Assembly (NCBI GenBank): GCA_051942245.1
Contig: JAVECL010000009.1
Location: 1 to 64,000 of the forward strand
Length of the DNA stretch: 64,000 nt
Direction of reading: 5' to 3'
Origin: Trypethelium eluteriae
Taxonomy: Eukaryota
Below, piece by piece: positions 25,220 to 37,121 of the stretch (positions within the stretch are counted from its first letter, which is position 1; each line of letters starts with the position of its first letter). The position numbers and the translations under genes are program-made. The notes under the pieces were generated by a model. It searched no databases. It was not told the DNA's origin and was given only the letters and a program-made list of their open reading frames with translations.

Positions 25220-25958
25220 CGTCGTGGAGGCATTGGTGTCGTGGGCTATGCACGGAGTACGGAGTAGAGCTCCTACGGATTAATCCTGAAATCGAAATTT
25301 AATTGGTCCGTGCACCTTGCGGATTTTACGATGCTGTGCCTACCACGACACTCACGATTCCCGCAATCGGAGTTTCACAGACGTTCTAATAGTTCAAATT
25401 TCGGGCTACCTGTGAGTGGCACTTGAAGAGCGTAATTCGAAGCTCACTTTGGTCGTCTGTACATAATACTATCACACCCAATAAAGCCAGGAGCTTTTCG
25501 AGCAAATCACTCAAAATCGTCTCCCCTCCAACGGTAGCATGTAAGCCCAAATCTTAATTTGATTGCTTTTTGTTCTACTGACGTTACAAATGTCCACCTG
25601 GTAGCCGTACCCAGTTCAGACCAGAAGAAAATGCCTGTATATATCTATGGCATTGTAGACAGAGCGAGGGTGACGGATGTTTCTTTTCGGTAGTCATCGA
25701 CTTGCTGTATGCCATATCATCGTCAATGTGTATCGCTTATCATCAGAAATAAGATCCTTTGGATACATGTGGGTAGAGCGAACGATTCAGAATCAGAAGA
25801 CATTCAATTGCTCGACAAATTGCAATCAGAGTGGGTATCTCGCTACCATGAGGAAACAGTGACAATTTTGATAAGAGAAAGAAAAAGAAGATTAAGCTAT
25901 GAAAAGTCGAACCATCAAGTTGATGCAGACTGATCCAGCAGCTCTGCACCAGTCGAAA

Positions 25959-26877
25959 TCATTGAATATACTCAAGAATGAGTGCTAGTGATGGATCTTC
26001 TTCGAGCCACTTCCCTTGTGCCGCATCTTGAGAGCGGAGTGCCAGCTCCACACGTTGATTTGTAATTGATGCAAGCTCCTGGAAATCCTCAGATCAGCTA
26101 TGATTCGAACAGATGAGCTTCAGTTGTGCCTCTTGTCAATGCTGGGGGCATGAGACGCTACTCTGACGGTTCTTCAGCGATTCAACCCCACAATCACACG
26201 CTAATACATGATAATAGCATCCCTGTTGTGAAATGAAAATTCACCTACAGCTTGCAATGTGTTGTCAATGGCTTGAAGAGCAGGTGCATGACCGGCATGC
26301 GGACTTCGACCACCTAGGACGGCATTCCGAGAGTTGATCCATCTCAAGGCCGCTGTCGCTTGAAGATAGTTCTTGTGGACACGAAATCGGCGAACGGCGG
26401 CATCGATGATAACTCTATGTAATAGCGTTAGTGGATCGCCTATATGAGCATTGCTCAAGCAAAAAAAAGCCTGCATACTGTCTCAATTGCTCCTTTTCTT
26501 GTTCGACGTCACCTCTAGGCGCTGGTAAATTGGCACGAAATGGTTGAGCCAAGACTGCCTGAGCTTGAGATATGGCATGACGAAGTGTTCTGAACCCGAA
26601 AAGCTCCGATTCCTCACGCATTGGCTGGACGCGGATTTGGGCAATGTGGTGTTGAATGACACGGAAGTCGTTCATGATCTCTGTAATCCGCATCGCCCGC
26701 GCATGATTAACTTCAGACTCATCGTTAGCGCGGTAACTCATTGTGTGTGGATATTGGAAATTCCGTGATTGAAGGCATGAAGGATGGATGCCTTAAGGCA
26801 TTTAAGTCTGTGAGGCCACAAGGAGAGTTTTGCGATACGGAGAAGGGATAGAAGGTAAACTCACGGCCATCAGCCAT
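25959..26877 (-). CDS. Small helical protein of unknown function, multi-exon
   Basis: Spliced product: ...RITEIMNDFRVIQHHIAQI...EKEQLR/RVIIDAAVRRFRVHKNYLQATAALRWINSRN...TLQA/ELASITNQRV...GKWLEEDPSLALILEYIQ*. Splice sites are canonical. The start is either the ATGGCTGATGGCC|GTGAGT micro-exon at 26877 or the ATG at 26741. Confidence 0.75.
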
Positions 26878-28014
26878 TGAAAGAAAAACAGTTGAAGGGA
26901 TAGCAAATAGGAATGGACAAAAGGAAAAGTGAAAAGAATGTGAAACGATCTATCCGGAAAAGAGGCTTGAGATGGCGTTCCAATAGATAGAGTTCAGGAG
27001 CTTACAGCTCTTTAAAGTCATTTTCGAAATTTACCCTGGTATGGTCTTTGCACCTATAGACACTGTCTTGGAAGGTGTCGGCTCTCCCGTAGCGATTTTT
27101 TCTCGGAAGTGGATTCCACATGGCTGGCTGTGGGCCTGTCCGTGTTGGTAGAAGAATCGTAGATAGGTAGAGCATCTGGACATGAGTAACCTGAAAATAG
27201 CATTCATATCAGAGCCAACCTGATCATTGGCGGGGATGGCGGTGAATCTGAGAAGGAGAGAAGACTGTTAGAGGAAATTCAGTTACCAAAAACGCAAAGC
27301 TACCCAAACGGGTTACGATCTGACGGTCCATTGAAGGTCAGATTGTCGTTCTGGTGCACCTCAGTCAGCCACAGAGTGATGCGGTTGACCTGAGAGAGTC
27401 CCAAGCGCTCCAGTAAGTCTCTCTTGTTATAGGGTAGTAGAGCACCGCCCGTCTTTACACTTTTCAGCTGGGTCTCCATCGTGGCATGTCTAGCGCATAC
27501 GCGAGGTGAGGAGCGGGATGGGCTTGCGGAGAACCGCGTGCTGAGAAGGCCCGATCTTTGAGATTCGTCTACAAGTCACCTAGTGCGGGCTGAGAATGTA
27601 TCATATCGTACTTCGACTGTTCGTCCGAAAGATCGTGAGACGGAATCTGTTGGTTCTGTGGTGCGACCGTGCTACTCGCGGCTGCGCTTATAGCGTTGTG
27701 GCTTCGAACGCCACAAATAGAAACATCCAATAGAAAGGATCAGAATGGAGCGCCATCGAAGTCAAAGCCACAGCTCGAGCAACGGCTTGAGGCTACTGGT
27801 CAAGGTTGAATTAAGAGACCAGGTAGACAGAGAAAACGTGCATCATCATTGCAACTGGAACCGAGTTTTGCAGCTGAACATGGGTCTACTGCTCACGGCG
27901 ATCTTACGATTCCACGAGTCGCCAGCCACCACTTAGATGCTCTTAAGGGGGTCTATTTGACTTAGCACGTGGTATCGTACAACAAATACTAGCGGCCGCG
28001 AGCCTCAATGGCGC

Positions 28015-29132
28015 TCAGTCTTTCTCTGCGATAGCCTGTAACCTCTCGTCAATTTCATCTTCCGTGAGTGATCTGAACTCCGGCTCGGTCGGTTCCGTGC
28101 CGTCGGATCGAGAGCCTCCTGCAATGCCAATCTCCAATTCGCCTTTCTTGAAATCCACACTCAATACCGTGCTCAATGCCGTAATTCCCAGCTCCACAAC
28201 TTCTTGCCACGTTCCCTCAGCTGCCTCTTTATTTTTCAGCTTCTTCTCAAAGAAGTTGAGCGCTTCCTGCGCCTTAGGACCAGATGCAGTGGCCTTGTAT
28301 CCCACATAATATCCAGCAGGGTCACATTTGTAGAGTTGGGGACCATATTCCGAGTCGACAGAAGCCAGTGTAATCGCAACGCCCAAGGGCCGCATGTAAG
28401 CCTACAGCATGATATCATGTCAGAAGGATAGGGAAAAAAAAGGGCCGATAAGACGGGTAGGGTACAAAAGGCCTCAGCCTCATCCGTCGCAGGTGTGGCT
28501 CGGGCTTACCCGCTGAGTATAGACCTGGCTAATGTTGGCCAGTCTCTTCGCCAATACATCACAAGGCATTTCGTATCCGTATTTGTATCGAAATTCGGCT
28601 GCTTCTCCTCTTGCTCTAGCCACGGAAGCTCGAGCGTCCGCTATTGATCCAGTCATGACGCAACCGACCGAAGGTGAAAGCTTGTATACATAGGATACGG
28701 AGGATGGGTCAATGAGTTTATCCTTGAATTTTCAAGATCTATCAGCCGTGATGCAGTTTCTTCACACTAAGTTCTGACCTTACCGGAACCTTTTTCTGCG
28801 AGATGACGACTGAGCAGCTTTTCCCGCGAACTCCCACTGATGTAATATTGGCTGCTGTTATCGCCTTGAATGCATATTCTTGTTTCGTAATAGTCAGCAC
28901 ATCATATCGGTGGCCTTTAAGCCAAGAGGCAGCATTCAAGCTCGGATTGTTGAGGACTGATGTCGTAGAGTGAATAACGCACCGACTTGGTAGAGACGAC
29001 CCTGGTCCGAGAATATTGTAATATGCCTGTCGTATGCGCTCGCACTACCTGCGCAGAAGATCCTCAATCAGTATCTTTGAGTTGTGACTGCATTGCAGCA
29101 ATGTACTTCCAGGGCGGGAGCGTACTAGACAT
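28015..29132 (-). CDS. SCL1: 20S proteasome subunit alpha 1 (PSMA6 type), multi-exon
   Basis: [25 protein letters not shown], the alpha-subunit N-terminal signature, followed by [31 protein letters not shown] and [14 protein letters not shown]. Confidence 0.96.
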
Positions 29133-29477
29133 GATGCTGATCAGGCTACGAAGCCAGCTGTGTCCGTGTCAACCTGACCGTTGTGGGACCTGTGAGACGA
29201 AATGTTCGGAGAAGCAGGAGTGCGTGAGCTCAGGACGGAATCGGTTGTGTTTCGTGCTGGAGTGGAAGGGGAGTAACAGTCATTAAACAGTCAAAGTGAA
29301 CGCGTTCAGGTTGCCTACGAGCCGGAAGGTGATCGGCAGAAGAGCTACCCTGTCGGCCCGACATTTTCTAATTAGAGCCTGGTGAACATCTTACATCCGG
29401 CACTACATTTTTTGTTACTTGCCCTACTCTTGTCACAAAGAAGCGAATGTAGGAAAAATGCAGATACAATTACGAAG

Positions 29478-31178
29478 ATGGATTCTTCTCCCATGAATCA
29501 GGCTTCTGCCCACATACCCGCCTGGAAACGTCTTGGACTCAAGCTCAAGCATGCGCAGGAGACGACAAGTGGAAAGCACGAATCAACGGGTTCAACTCTG
29601 GCAACACAAGAAGGTGAAAGTCATGCGAGGCTCGGAGATGGCTCGAGTGATGTGATGACCATAGCACCTAGCACAGGAATCAAAGATGTTAGGACTAAGA
29701 AACGTCGGGTCTCTGCCACCACTCCATCCACAAATGAGCTAGACCATGTGAACGGAAAGTCTGTTTTGAATAATCACCGTAACAGCTCACCTGACTTCTC
29801 TCCATCTCAAGAGCTACAGGCAGAATGTACGCCACAGTCCATTGTCACTGCTCATGAGGCCGATTCTCACATCAACAAGAAGAGAAAGCGCCATTCTGAG
29901 TTTTCTCATGTCCACGGTACTCAAAATGGATCAACAAATCAGACTGCAGTAACAGCCCAAAGTTCAGTTTCGGATCGGACTGATTCCGAAGAAGGGGACA
30001 TATCACCTACAACTAGACGCAAGTCAGTCACCTTCACGTCGGATACCAAAACAGAAGACGGGAACAGCGCTCAGAAGCTCTTTAGTCATTTGGTCTCGGG
30101 TCAAGCAGATCGAACAATCGCGCATGACAATCAGGCTACCACCGGTATCGATCCAGAACACACTAATGGACATGCTGGAGCCACTGAGAACAACTCCGAG
30201 GCGCAGGTTGCAGCTCGTAGGGCCAAAAAGCGCAAAATACGGGCAGACAAGCGCGGCGGATCTATGACACCCATTCCACCTTACGTCAGCTATCTGCAGC
30301 AGTTTCATACCGCGCGTGACCAGTGGAAGTTCAACAAGAACCAGCAGAATCAATTGCTCAAGCATATGTTCAACCTCTACCGTGTACCTGAGAGATATGA
30401 CCCAGCCATCGAATCATATATTGCTGGGCTCCAAGGATTACCGCTGCGGGAGCGACTGCGAGAAACAGCAATCGGAATTTTGAAGGAGAGCCACGCGGCA
30501 TTAGCACAGATTGATGGACCTAAGGAGAATATGGATTATAGTCGGCGGCAGAGAGCAAGAGAGGACGCCTTACAAAGACGCCTACAGGACCATGACCAGA
30601 GGTGGGAGGCAGGGACTACTAGCAATGTCCAAGCAGACGGTCAAATGCAAGCCTTAAAGAGGAAAAGGGCGCAGGTGGTTCTGACTGCCTTAGAAGAAGA
30701 CCACCCACTCTATCCCGTGCAGGCATTCGTTATGGATTCTACAATCAATGATGGAGCAAGCAATGGAGCGGAGGATCCGAAACATAGCGAGAAGCGCGCT
30801 AAGCTCGATGGGCAACAAAGAAGTCACAAGAGATTGAGGAAACAGCGTCGGTCTGAATTAGCCAAAACAGACAGCTCCTCAGGAACATCAGGATCAAGTT
30901 CGACAGATTCTAGCTCAGAAGAAGAAGTGTCCTCTTCACAATCAGAGTCGACTTCCACAGATTCTGAGTCTGAATCAACTTCATCTGGATTCTCTTCCAC
31001 GAACTCCGAACACTCAAGTTCAAGTACTGGGTCGCGATCCAGTTCGGGGTCCCACTCGACCGCATCACAGTCTGGATCCGAGACTGATTCATCAGAATCC
31101 GATGAAGCATCAGACGCAGAGTCTCAGCCTATTAGCGACCAAAGAAGTACCAGCAGTAGCAGTAGCAGCTCTCATTGA
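29478..31178 (+). CDS. WKF-domain nucleolar/ribosome-biogenesis-type protein with a Ser-rich tail
   Basis: N-terminal HIPAWKRLGLKLK, RRKSVTF, and core YL...WKFNKNQQNQLLKH...YIAGLQG...RERL. Basic NLS-like clusters and a long Ser/Asp/Glu tail. The start is probably the ATG at 29478. Confidence 0.85.
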   Translation: MDSSPMNQASAHIPAWKRLGLKLKHAQETTSGKHESTGSTLATQEGESHARLGDGSSDVMTIAPSTGIKDVRTKKRRVSATTPSTNELDHVNGKSVLNNHRNSSPDFSPSQELQAECTPQSIVTAHEADSHINKKRKRHSEFSHVHGTQNGSTNQTAVTAQSSVSDRTDSEEGDISPTTRRKSVTFTSDTKTEDGNSAQKLFSHLVSGQADRTIAHDNQATTGIDPEHTNGHAGATENNSEAQVAARRAKKRKIRADKRGGSMTPIPPYVSYLQQFHTARDQWKFNKNQQNQLLKHMFNLYRVPERYDPAIESYIAGLQGLPLRERLRETAIGILKESHAALAQIDGPKENMDYSRRQRAREDALQRRLQDHDQRWEAGTTSNVQADGQMQALKRKRAQVVLTALEEDHPLYPVQAFVMDSTINDGASNGAEDPKHSEKRAKLDGQQRSHKRLRKQRRSELAKTDSSSGTSGSSSTDSSSEEEVSSSQSESTSTDSESESTSSGFSSTNSEHSSSSTGSRSSSGSHSTASQSGSETDSSESDEASDAESQPISDQRSTSSSSSSSH

Positions 31179-31630
31179 GCAGAGGCGCTAGACAGACTAC
31201 AAGGTGTCTTCCGGACCACGTACGAGAAGTTGAGTGACATGATGAGGTATTTGGTACATGGTTCAAAGTTTGGGGGCATATGTCAGGAAAAAGGCTCAAG
31301 CAAGTGCCCCGTATCAGAACCTATCAACATCTCTCATCCTTGTCAATATTCCGTATATCCCTTTCTCTGCATGAATGTTAATTCGAGAGAAGATACCATT
31401 GAAGAAGTGTACACTTTGAGAAGCTTCATAGGCTAATGTACATAATATCTTATCATTCCCAGCAATATATTTTTGACCAACCAATTCTCTTCATAACTCA
31501 CAATCTCATCGTAAACTGTGCCAAATTTTCCAAATATACGGGAGCAAGCAGATAAAATGCTAGCTAAACAAAACGCCGCGCTCAGTAAAGATTAGTAGCA
31601 TCCAATGTATATGGCTACCGTTCACCTGGC

Positions 31631-32488
31631 TCATTGATCAAGAAAGCCATCACCTTCATGCTGAATGGTAACCATAGTATCAGTACCTTGTGAGAGCTGC
31701 TCCTTCCATGGACCGTGACTCCCTCGGCCAGACTCAAGATGATCTTTGTGCATGCCATCCAAAACAGCCACAATTCCACCCTGCCGAAGCCGCTCTAAAA
31801 CGACCTTCATACCCTCTTTGGCCTTCGGTTGTGACCCTTCAGTTCGTCTAAAGGCAATCAACTCGATGGACCTTTGTACAGGTCCTGTAGACCATGTTTT
31901 CCATAAGCTCGGCTTTGGTATTTCTTCCTCGGTCTCTTCCGCAGCAACGGCAGCTGCGCGGTCGGCAGCTTCCCTTCTTTTTCTTTTTCGCCTAGCCTCA
32001 CCCAGTCTAGACTGCAGTGTGACTGTGCTATCGACTTCAGTGCGATCTGGCTGGCCATCGCTACGTCGGGTGGTCGATCTTGATGCCAATCCTTGACCCT
32101 GACCGGCTGACTGTCTCCAATACGTCTGTTTCTCAATGACACTCAGCACGCCCGTCCACTCCAAATTCCTACTTTCTGTTTCCATCCATCCTTCCTTGAT
32201 ATCGACCGTGCTCTTCTCAAGTATGTAGCTCTCCGTTGAGGTACCATTGCTGCTTGCCCCGAGGATGCTCTTTGGTAACAGCTTCAGCACTGCTGGAGGA
32301 ATTTTAGAGCGTTTCAAATGCAGTCGAATAGTGTGCAGACGTCCGGTTTCAGGTTCGAAGGAGCGCTCGACGACATCGGTGGAAAGGACGTGGGTGGAAT
32401 ACGGGTTCGGATACCGGAGGAAATAGGCCAAGGCGACAGCGGGGAACGAGTAGTCATAGGAGAAAGAGGCAGCGTAGAATTTCACCAT
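31631..32488 (-). CDS. UPS1: PRELI/MSF1-family mitochondrial intermembrane lipid-transfer protein
   Basis: MVKFY...YDYSFPAVALAYFLRYPNPYSTHVLSTDV...LHTIRL and SYILEKSTVD...METESRNL. Confidence 0.9.
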   Translation of the reverse strand: MVKFYAASFSYDYSFPAVALAYFLRYPNPYSTHVLSTDVVERSFEPETGRLHTIRLHLKRSKIPPAVLKLLPKSILGASSNGTSTESYILEKSTVDIKEGWMETESRNLEWTGVLSVIEKQTYWRQSAGQGQGLASRSTTRRSDGQPDRTEVDSTVTLQSRLGEARRKRKRREAADRAAAVAAEETEEEIPKPSLWKTWSTGPVQRSIELIAFRRTEGSQPKAKEGMKVVLERLRQGGIVAVLDGMHKDHLESGRGSHGPWKEQLSQGTDTMVTIQHEGDGFLDQ

Positions 32489-33255
32489 GGTGACATTGTC
32501 GTGTTAGATAAATTTCGGACAATAGAGAAGATACGATTGGAAAGAATCGTGTTTAGGGGGCGTTCTAGAGACGGCGGAAGGAGTTGGAAGCTTCCAAGCG
32601 TCATACGGAGACCTTGTGATGTTAGGCCCGCAACTACAGGGTTTAGGAATGGTACGGTTTACTTCAGGACCCTTACCTTAGGAAATTACCTAAACCACAT
32701 CGCCTCGTTGGTACTCGGTAGCAGGAACTCTATTACATTGATGCACGAACGTTCTATCTTCTTTCAATTATCTTCCATAACCATGCATCGAATACATCAA
32801 GTTCCAGACCAATACGAACTGCAGCTTGCTGTTCACATCCGAGCTACCAAGGAGAAGCGCGCTCGTAAAGTTATCCTTCCGTCCATTAGTCGAGTCTCGA
32901 ATTTGGAGTCAATCAGAAGTGCATTCCTTGCACACGATCAATCAATTGCCTTCATCAAAATCAAAATATCTAGTGAGGGCGAGATTTCGCTAAGCTTGAA
33001 GAAGACAGAGCCATCCAGATCGAGAAAGCAATTTGTCATCTAATTCGCCACATTATAAACAGAACGAACACAGTCATGGATTGATCTGGTGAGTGTGTTT
33101 ATTTCTTTCCGACTCGTCGTCCACTTCGTACTATTAAAGGATATATGTGCCACACAATCATGAACGTCAAAACGTATTTACAAGAAGGTGTCATTCAGCC
33201 ATGATCAGCCTCACCATTGGTGAGATCATCCTTTCCTCCGAGACATCCCCTTTCG

Positions 33256-33978
33256 TTAACCATAGAACCAATATTCCGCACTGTATGGCACTTGGAAATC
33301 CCCGTCCTTGTCCGCACACGTACTCGGTTGTGCCCCTCCTGCCGTCTCAACTCTGTATACCTCGCTCATTCCTTCACTCAATCCACTTGTATCACTCTGC
33401 AGAAACAGCCAAGGTACGGCGCCTTCGCTACTCAGCCCGGTATACGCAAGCACTGGCGCAGTCTCTGTGTTCTCCTTCACCGCACTAAGAAATAATGAAG
33501 GACTGTGTCCATCAAGGTCAAATGTCGGTGTCAATGTACTACCGACGTATGTGAAGAAGTGGTGGCCAATGGGTTGGTTACCCAAACCGGAATTCTGTAA
33601 AAGCGCCGTTTCGGTTATGTTACCGATATCCTGTGGAGAGTTGGTGAAAAGCTCGGTGACGTCGTAAAGAGTGGCATTGGCTCCGACAGAGACAGGTGCC
33701 GAGCTAGACACGTTGGGCGTTTGGCTACAGGTATAGTTCTGTGTACCGACTCCGAGAGCGATCACCCTAAGGTTGAGGCTGTCGGAGAGAGGAGGAAGGG
33801 TGTTGGGCGTTTGGACGGGAAGGACTGGGGTCGATACTGAGGTTGCTGCGACGCCGGCGCTGCGAATAGGATGAGGACTTGCATGATGCGTATCTTGAGG
33901 AGAAGTGGGTTGGTACCATGGTGCAGCGATGGTTGGTACTGCGATGAGTAATGCGCTGAAGATCCTTTGATACAACAT
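33256..33978 (-). CDS. Secreted DUF3455-family protein
   Basis: Signal MLYQRIFSALLIAVPTIA, then GVGTQNYTC, GANATLYD, IGHHFF, AVPWLFL, VYRVETAGG and YSAEYWFYG. Confidence 0.85.
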   Translation of the reverse strand: MLYQRIFSALLIAVPTIAAPWYQPTSPQDTHHASPHPIRSAGVAATSVSTPVLPVQTPNTLPPLSDSLNLRVIALGVGTQNYTCSQTPNVSSSAPVSVGANATLYDVTELFTNSPQDIGNITETALLQNSGLGNQPIGHHFFTYVGSTLTPTFDLDGHSPSLFLSAVKENTETAPVLAYTGLSSEGAVPWLFLQSDTSGLSEGMSEVYRVETAGGAQPSTCADKDGDFQVPYSAEYWFYG

Positions 33979-36900
33979 TTTGGCTCTGTTGATCTCTTGG
34001 GGTGGGTACGAAGTATTGGATGGGTGAAGAGTATAACAGAAACCCCTCAAGCGCTTGAGGATCGCTAGAGTAGGACCAGAGTACCGGCTGGCAGGCACTT
34101 AGGGAGCGAAGGAGGTTTCAATAATACACAGGATGTTGCGTTCAGTTGTGCTTTCGACAGTCTTTCGATGTTTTCTGTGATTGAGAAGACTGAATACAGA
34201 TGATATGTGGTAGAGAAGATGAGGACTTCAGCTCGGTTGCCGGTCTTATTATATTCATGAGACACAACGGATGCAATGGCTTGCTTTTCCACTTGTATGC
34301 ACGTACGCCTGGTACCAACATAACCTATCGTTCCGCATTTACACAAATTACCCATTTCAAGAACCCTCGCAGGAAGAAACCCTGGTCCGATAGCGTTACG
34401 CTACGGTACCACCCCCCTAGTCGCGGCAAGCTCCCGGTTCGTCTTGCTTGAGAGCCACTCTCGACCAATACACCCTGGTTCTGTCAAAGACCGTTGCAGT
34501 TTAGCATTTTGGGGGCGGCTACGATCTGGGGAACGGTCGCTCACAACAAGCGAGATTGGTGCATTCATGGGTGGCAATAGCATGCACTTTCCTTTTCCGA
34601 GGTCTCACCCTGGTGGGCAAAAGGTCGAAAAGGTGGCCTGGAGGGATCAGAGTACCTATCCAGCTATCTTTGAACTGGCTGGCTTGATCCAAGGATTTGG
34701 CAAGCATATCGGTCAGACATAGAGAAACGAGGGTGTTGAAGCCATCGGTGGCCGATAAGTGGCTAAACGATTTCTTGCAGAGCCGCTCGACCGGTTTCCC
34801 ACTCCAGCATTCTTATTTTGGTTTTGTGCAAGTCATAAATTTCGGAGTCCTTGCGTCTGAGACCAACCTCTGAATGATCCATAAAGTCTGTCGTGTTTTG
34901 GCTGTTGCTCTCACTGCTCGAATTCGCCCATCCCGAAGTACGATGTTACGCGCTTCTTGATCTTGGAATTCGAGATAGGAAGGTCAAGATGGCAGGATTG
35001 CAACATGACGGTCGAGACGCTGGTCGTGGACCCTGAAGGATGGAGGCGCCGGACTAGGGTGCGCTTCCGGAGAGTGGATCAGGATTTTCCGTCGACCTCC
35101 AGATTAGAGCCACTAATTCATTGTTCTGGGAAGTCATACGACTGTTAAGAAACCTAATTTTGTGTCTTCTATTCATAGCACTCAGACATGATTGGGGGAG
35201 TCGGCGGCATCACATGCTCAACATGGCAGAACAAAACTTATTCGACCCTAAATTGCCATGTTTTTGCTGTCTTTGTGTTGCCCGTTTTTATCGCGGCTTA
35301 GTCGTGCCGCGCCTTTTTTGCTTGACAGGATCTAGGTGCTTAAGGTATCTGAGTAGTCTGTGTAGGTTGCAGTAGCTGAATACCTAGATACTATCCCTTG
35401 ATCGCTCTAGCCATCAATAAATATAATTGGAGAAGCTCAACTAGACTCTTGTCACTTCAATGCGAGTGATACACAATGTGAAATAAGATCCGAGCTATGC
35501 TAAGGCTTCAATCGCGACCAACTCTTACACTTGGCTAGAATGATTGAGTCAACCATCCACAGAGAGGCGCTCGGGACTGTTGAGAGCGACACAATAGGGT
35601 GATAGCACAATCAGATTTTGCGGAGAGTACGGAGTAAGAGCCGATGGATTCGTCTCTGGACGCACCGGCGAACAAGCCCCAAAGGATGATCACCATGTGG
35701 CTTTAGCTCAGTCCTTTGCTTAATTGGGGAAGCCTGCAACAAGAAGCAAAGAGTCAAGAAGGCTATTCCGACACTCCGGTACTCCATACTTCAGGGGACC
35801 AAGTCCACTGGATGCTCGATCACTTGTCTTCGCTGTCCGTTTCTCTTGCCTTATCTCAATTTCGCTTGGAACAAGTCGCAGATCAGACAGTTGGCTACAA
35901 CGATTCACCCATTTTCTGGCCCATACAGTACGTGTCTTAGCATTAGGAAAACAATGGTTGTGTTTTTGATGGCAGCGTAGGCGTGGGTGGCGTCCGCACC
36001 AGGCAAAGTGAGCTAAGGTACTCTAAGGCTTGCAACCGGCTTTGGGGAATTGCAGCCTTCGACTCATTTGGTTGGCCTTACAGTCAATCAGCAAAGTCTC
36101 ATGGTACACCAAGGCAACCGAAAGCATGAGATGGCGTGATGTAAGAAATCATCGAACCCATCGAACACAGGAGCGCTAGTAAGTGTGAACGCTCAACTCT
36201 AGGCGCTGGCCCTTGAACTATATATTGGCAAGCTGGGCCGATCAAGCATAACTGACCTAAATGGCATTGCTCCAATGATATTCTTCTCCAAGCTTACGTT
36301 TTGCAATCGAGCGCTTACATGGCTCATTGGCCAAGATGCTGAATTTCGACGATATTATCTGATCCATGAAGAACGTGGTATATCATTCAGCATGTCCCAA
36401 CTTGCCGAGATTTGAGTCAAAGCACAAGGCTTTTAATATATCATTGCCATTTGAGGCAAGGTCTAGTAGAAAAATGATCAAGGCTCGATGACGCTCACGC
36501 AGCGAGGTACACTTACTCGGAGGGTAAAAGTTGCTTCAACAGCCATCGCTTCCAACCAGATGCATTACCGATCCATAATCGTGCTGGGCCTTGCAAATCT
36601 TCTTAGTCCGAGGCCCAAACAGACAAGAGTCATGCATTCTCATTGGTGTCGCGTAAATCCGAGTGACGGCCCGTCCATCACGTTTCGAGTCGATTGAGTC
36701 TCTGCTAGCTCATATCCAATCATACATGCTCCCAAGAGGTGGTTGCTTAGTAGCCACGCGCCACGTCCGGAGTGTACTCATAGTTCTGTCCTGGTCATTA
36801 GTCATTGCGTGCACGGTCTCTGCCTTACATAAGGAACCTAGCGTAGCGAGCGTGAGCACTTTCTACGTGTACCAGGTAAGATACCTAGGCAGGTACCTAG

Positions 36901-37121
36901 AAGCAAGCAAGTATCCACGTAATTACTTCATCTTCTATACCTCCTCCTCCGTACAGGTACCTATTATTGCTATAGGTTACCTGAACAAAGTCGCAACAAA
37001 ATCTGTAACAGCCTCACACCTGGCGGTATACGAAACGTATCTTTGCTTCTTCTGTAATGCCTAAAGACCTTTGGCACCTAAGTATTCTCATCCGGCAAGC
37101 ATATACTCATACCACCCGAAT

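Noticed and set aside
27180..27720. GC-rich spacer with a GTGGC-TTCGAAC-GCCAC hairpin and GGAAATTC, considered as RNase P/MRP RNA
   Set aside because: The partner conserved regions needed for the P4 pseudoknot were not found. An Infernal search would be required.
32318..33043. 241-aa plus-strand ORF
   Set aside because: It overlaps UPS1 antisense and its promoter, and has no protein-family features.
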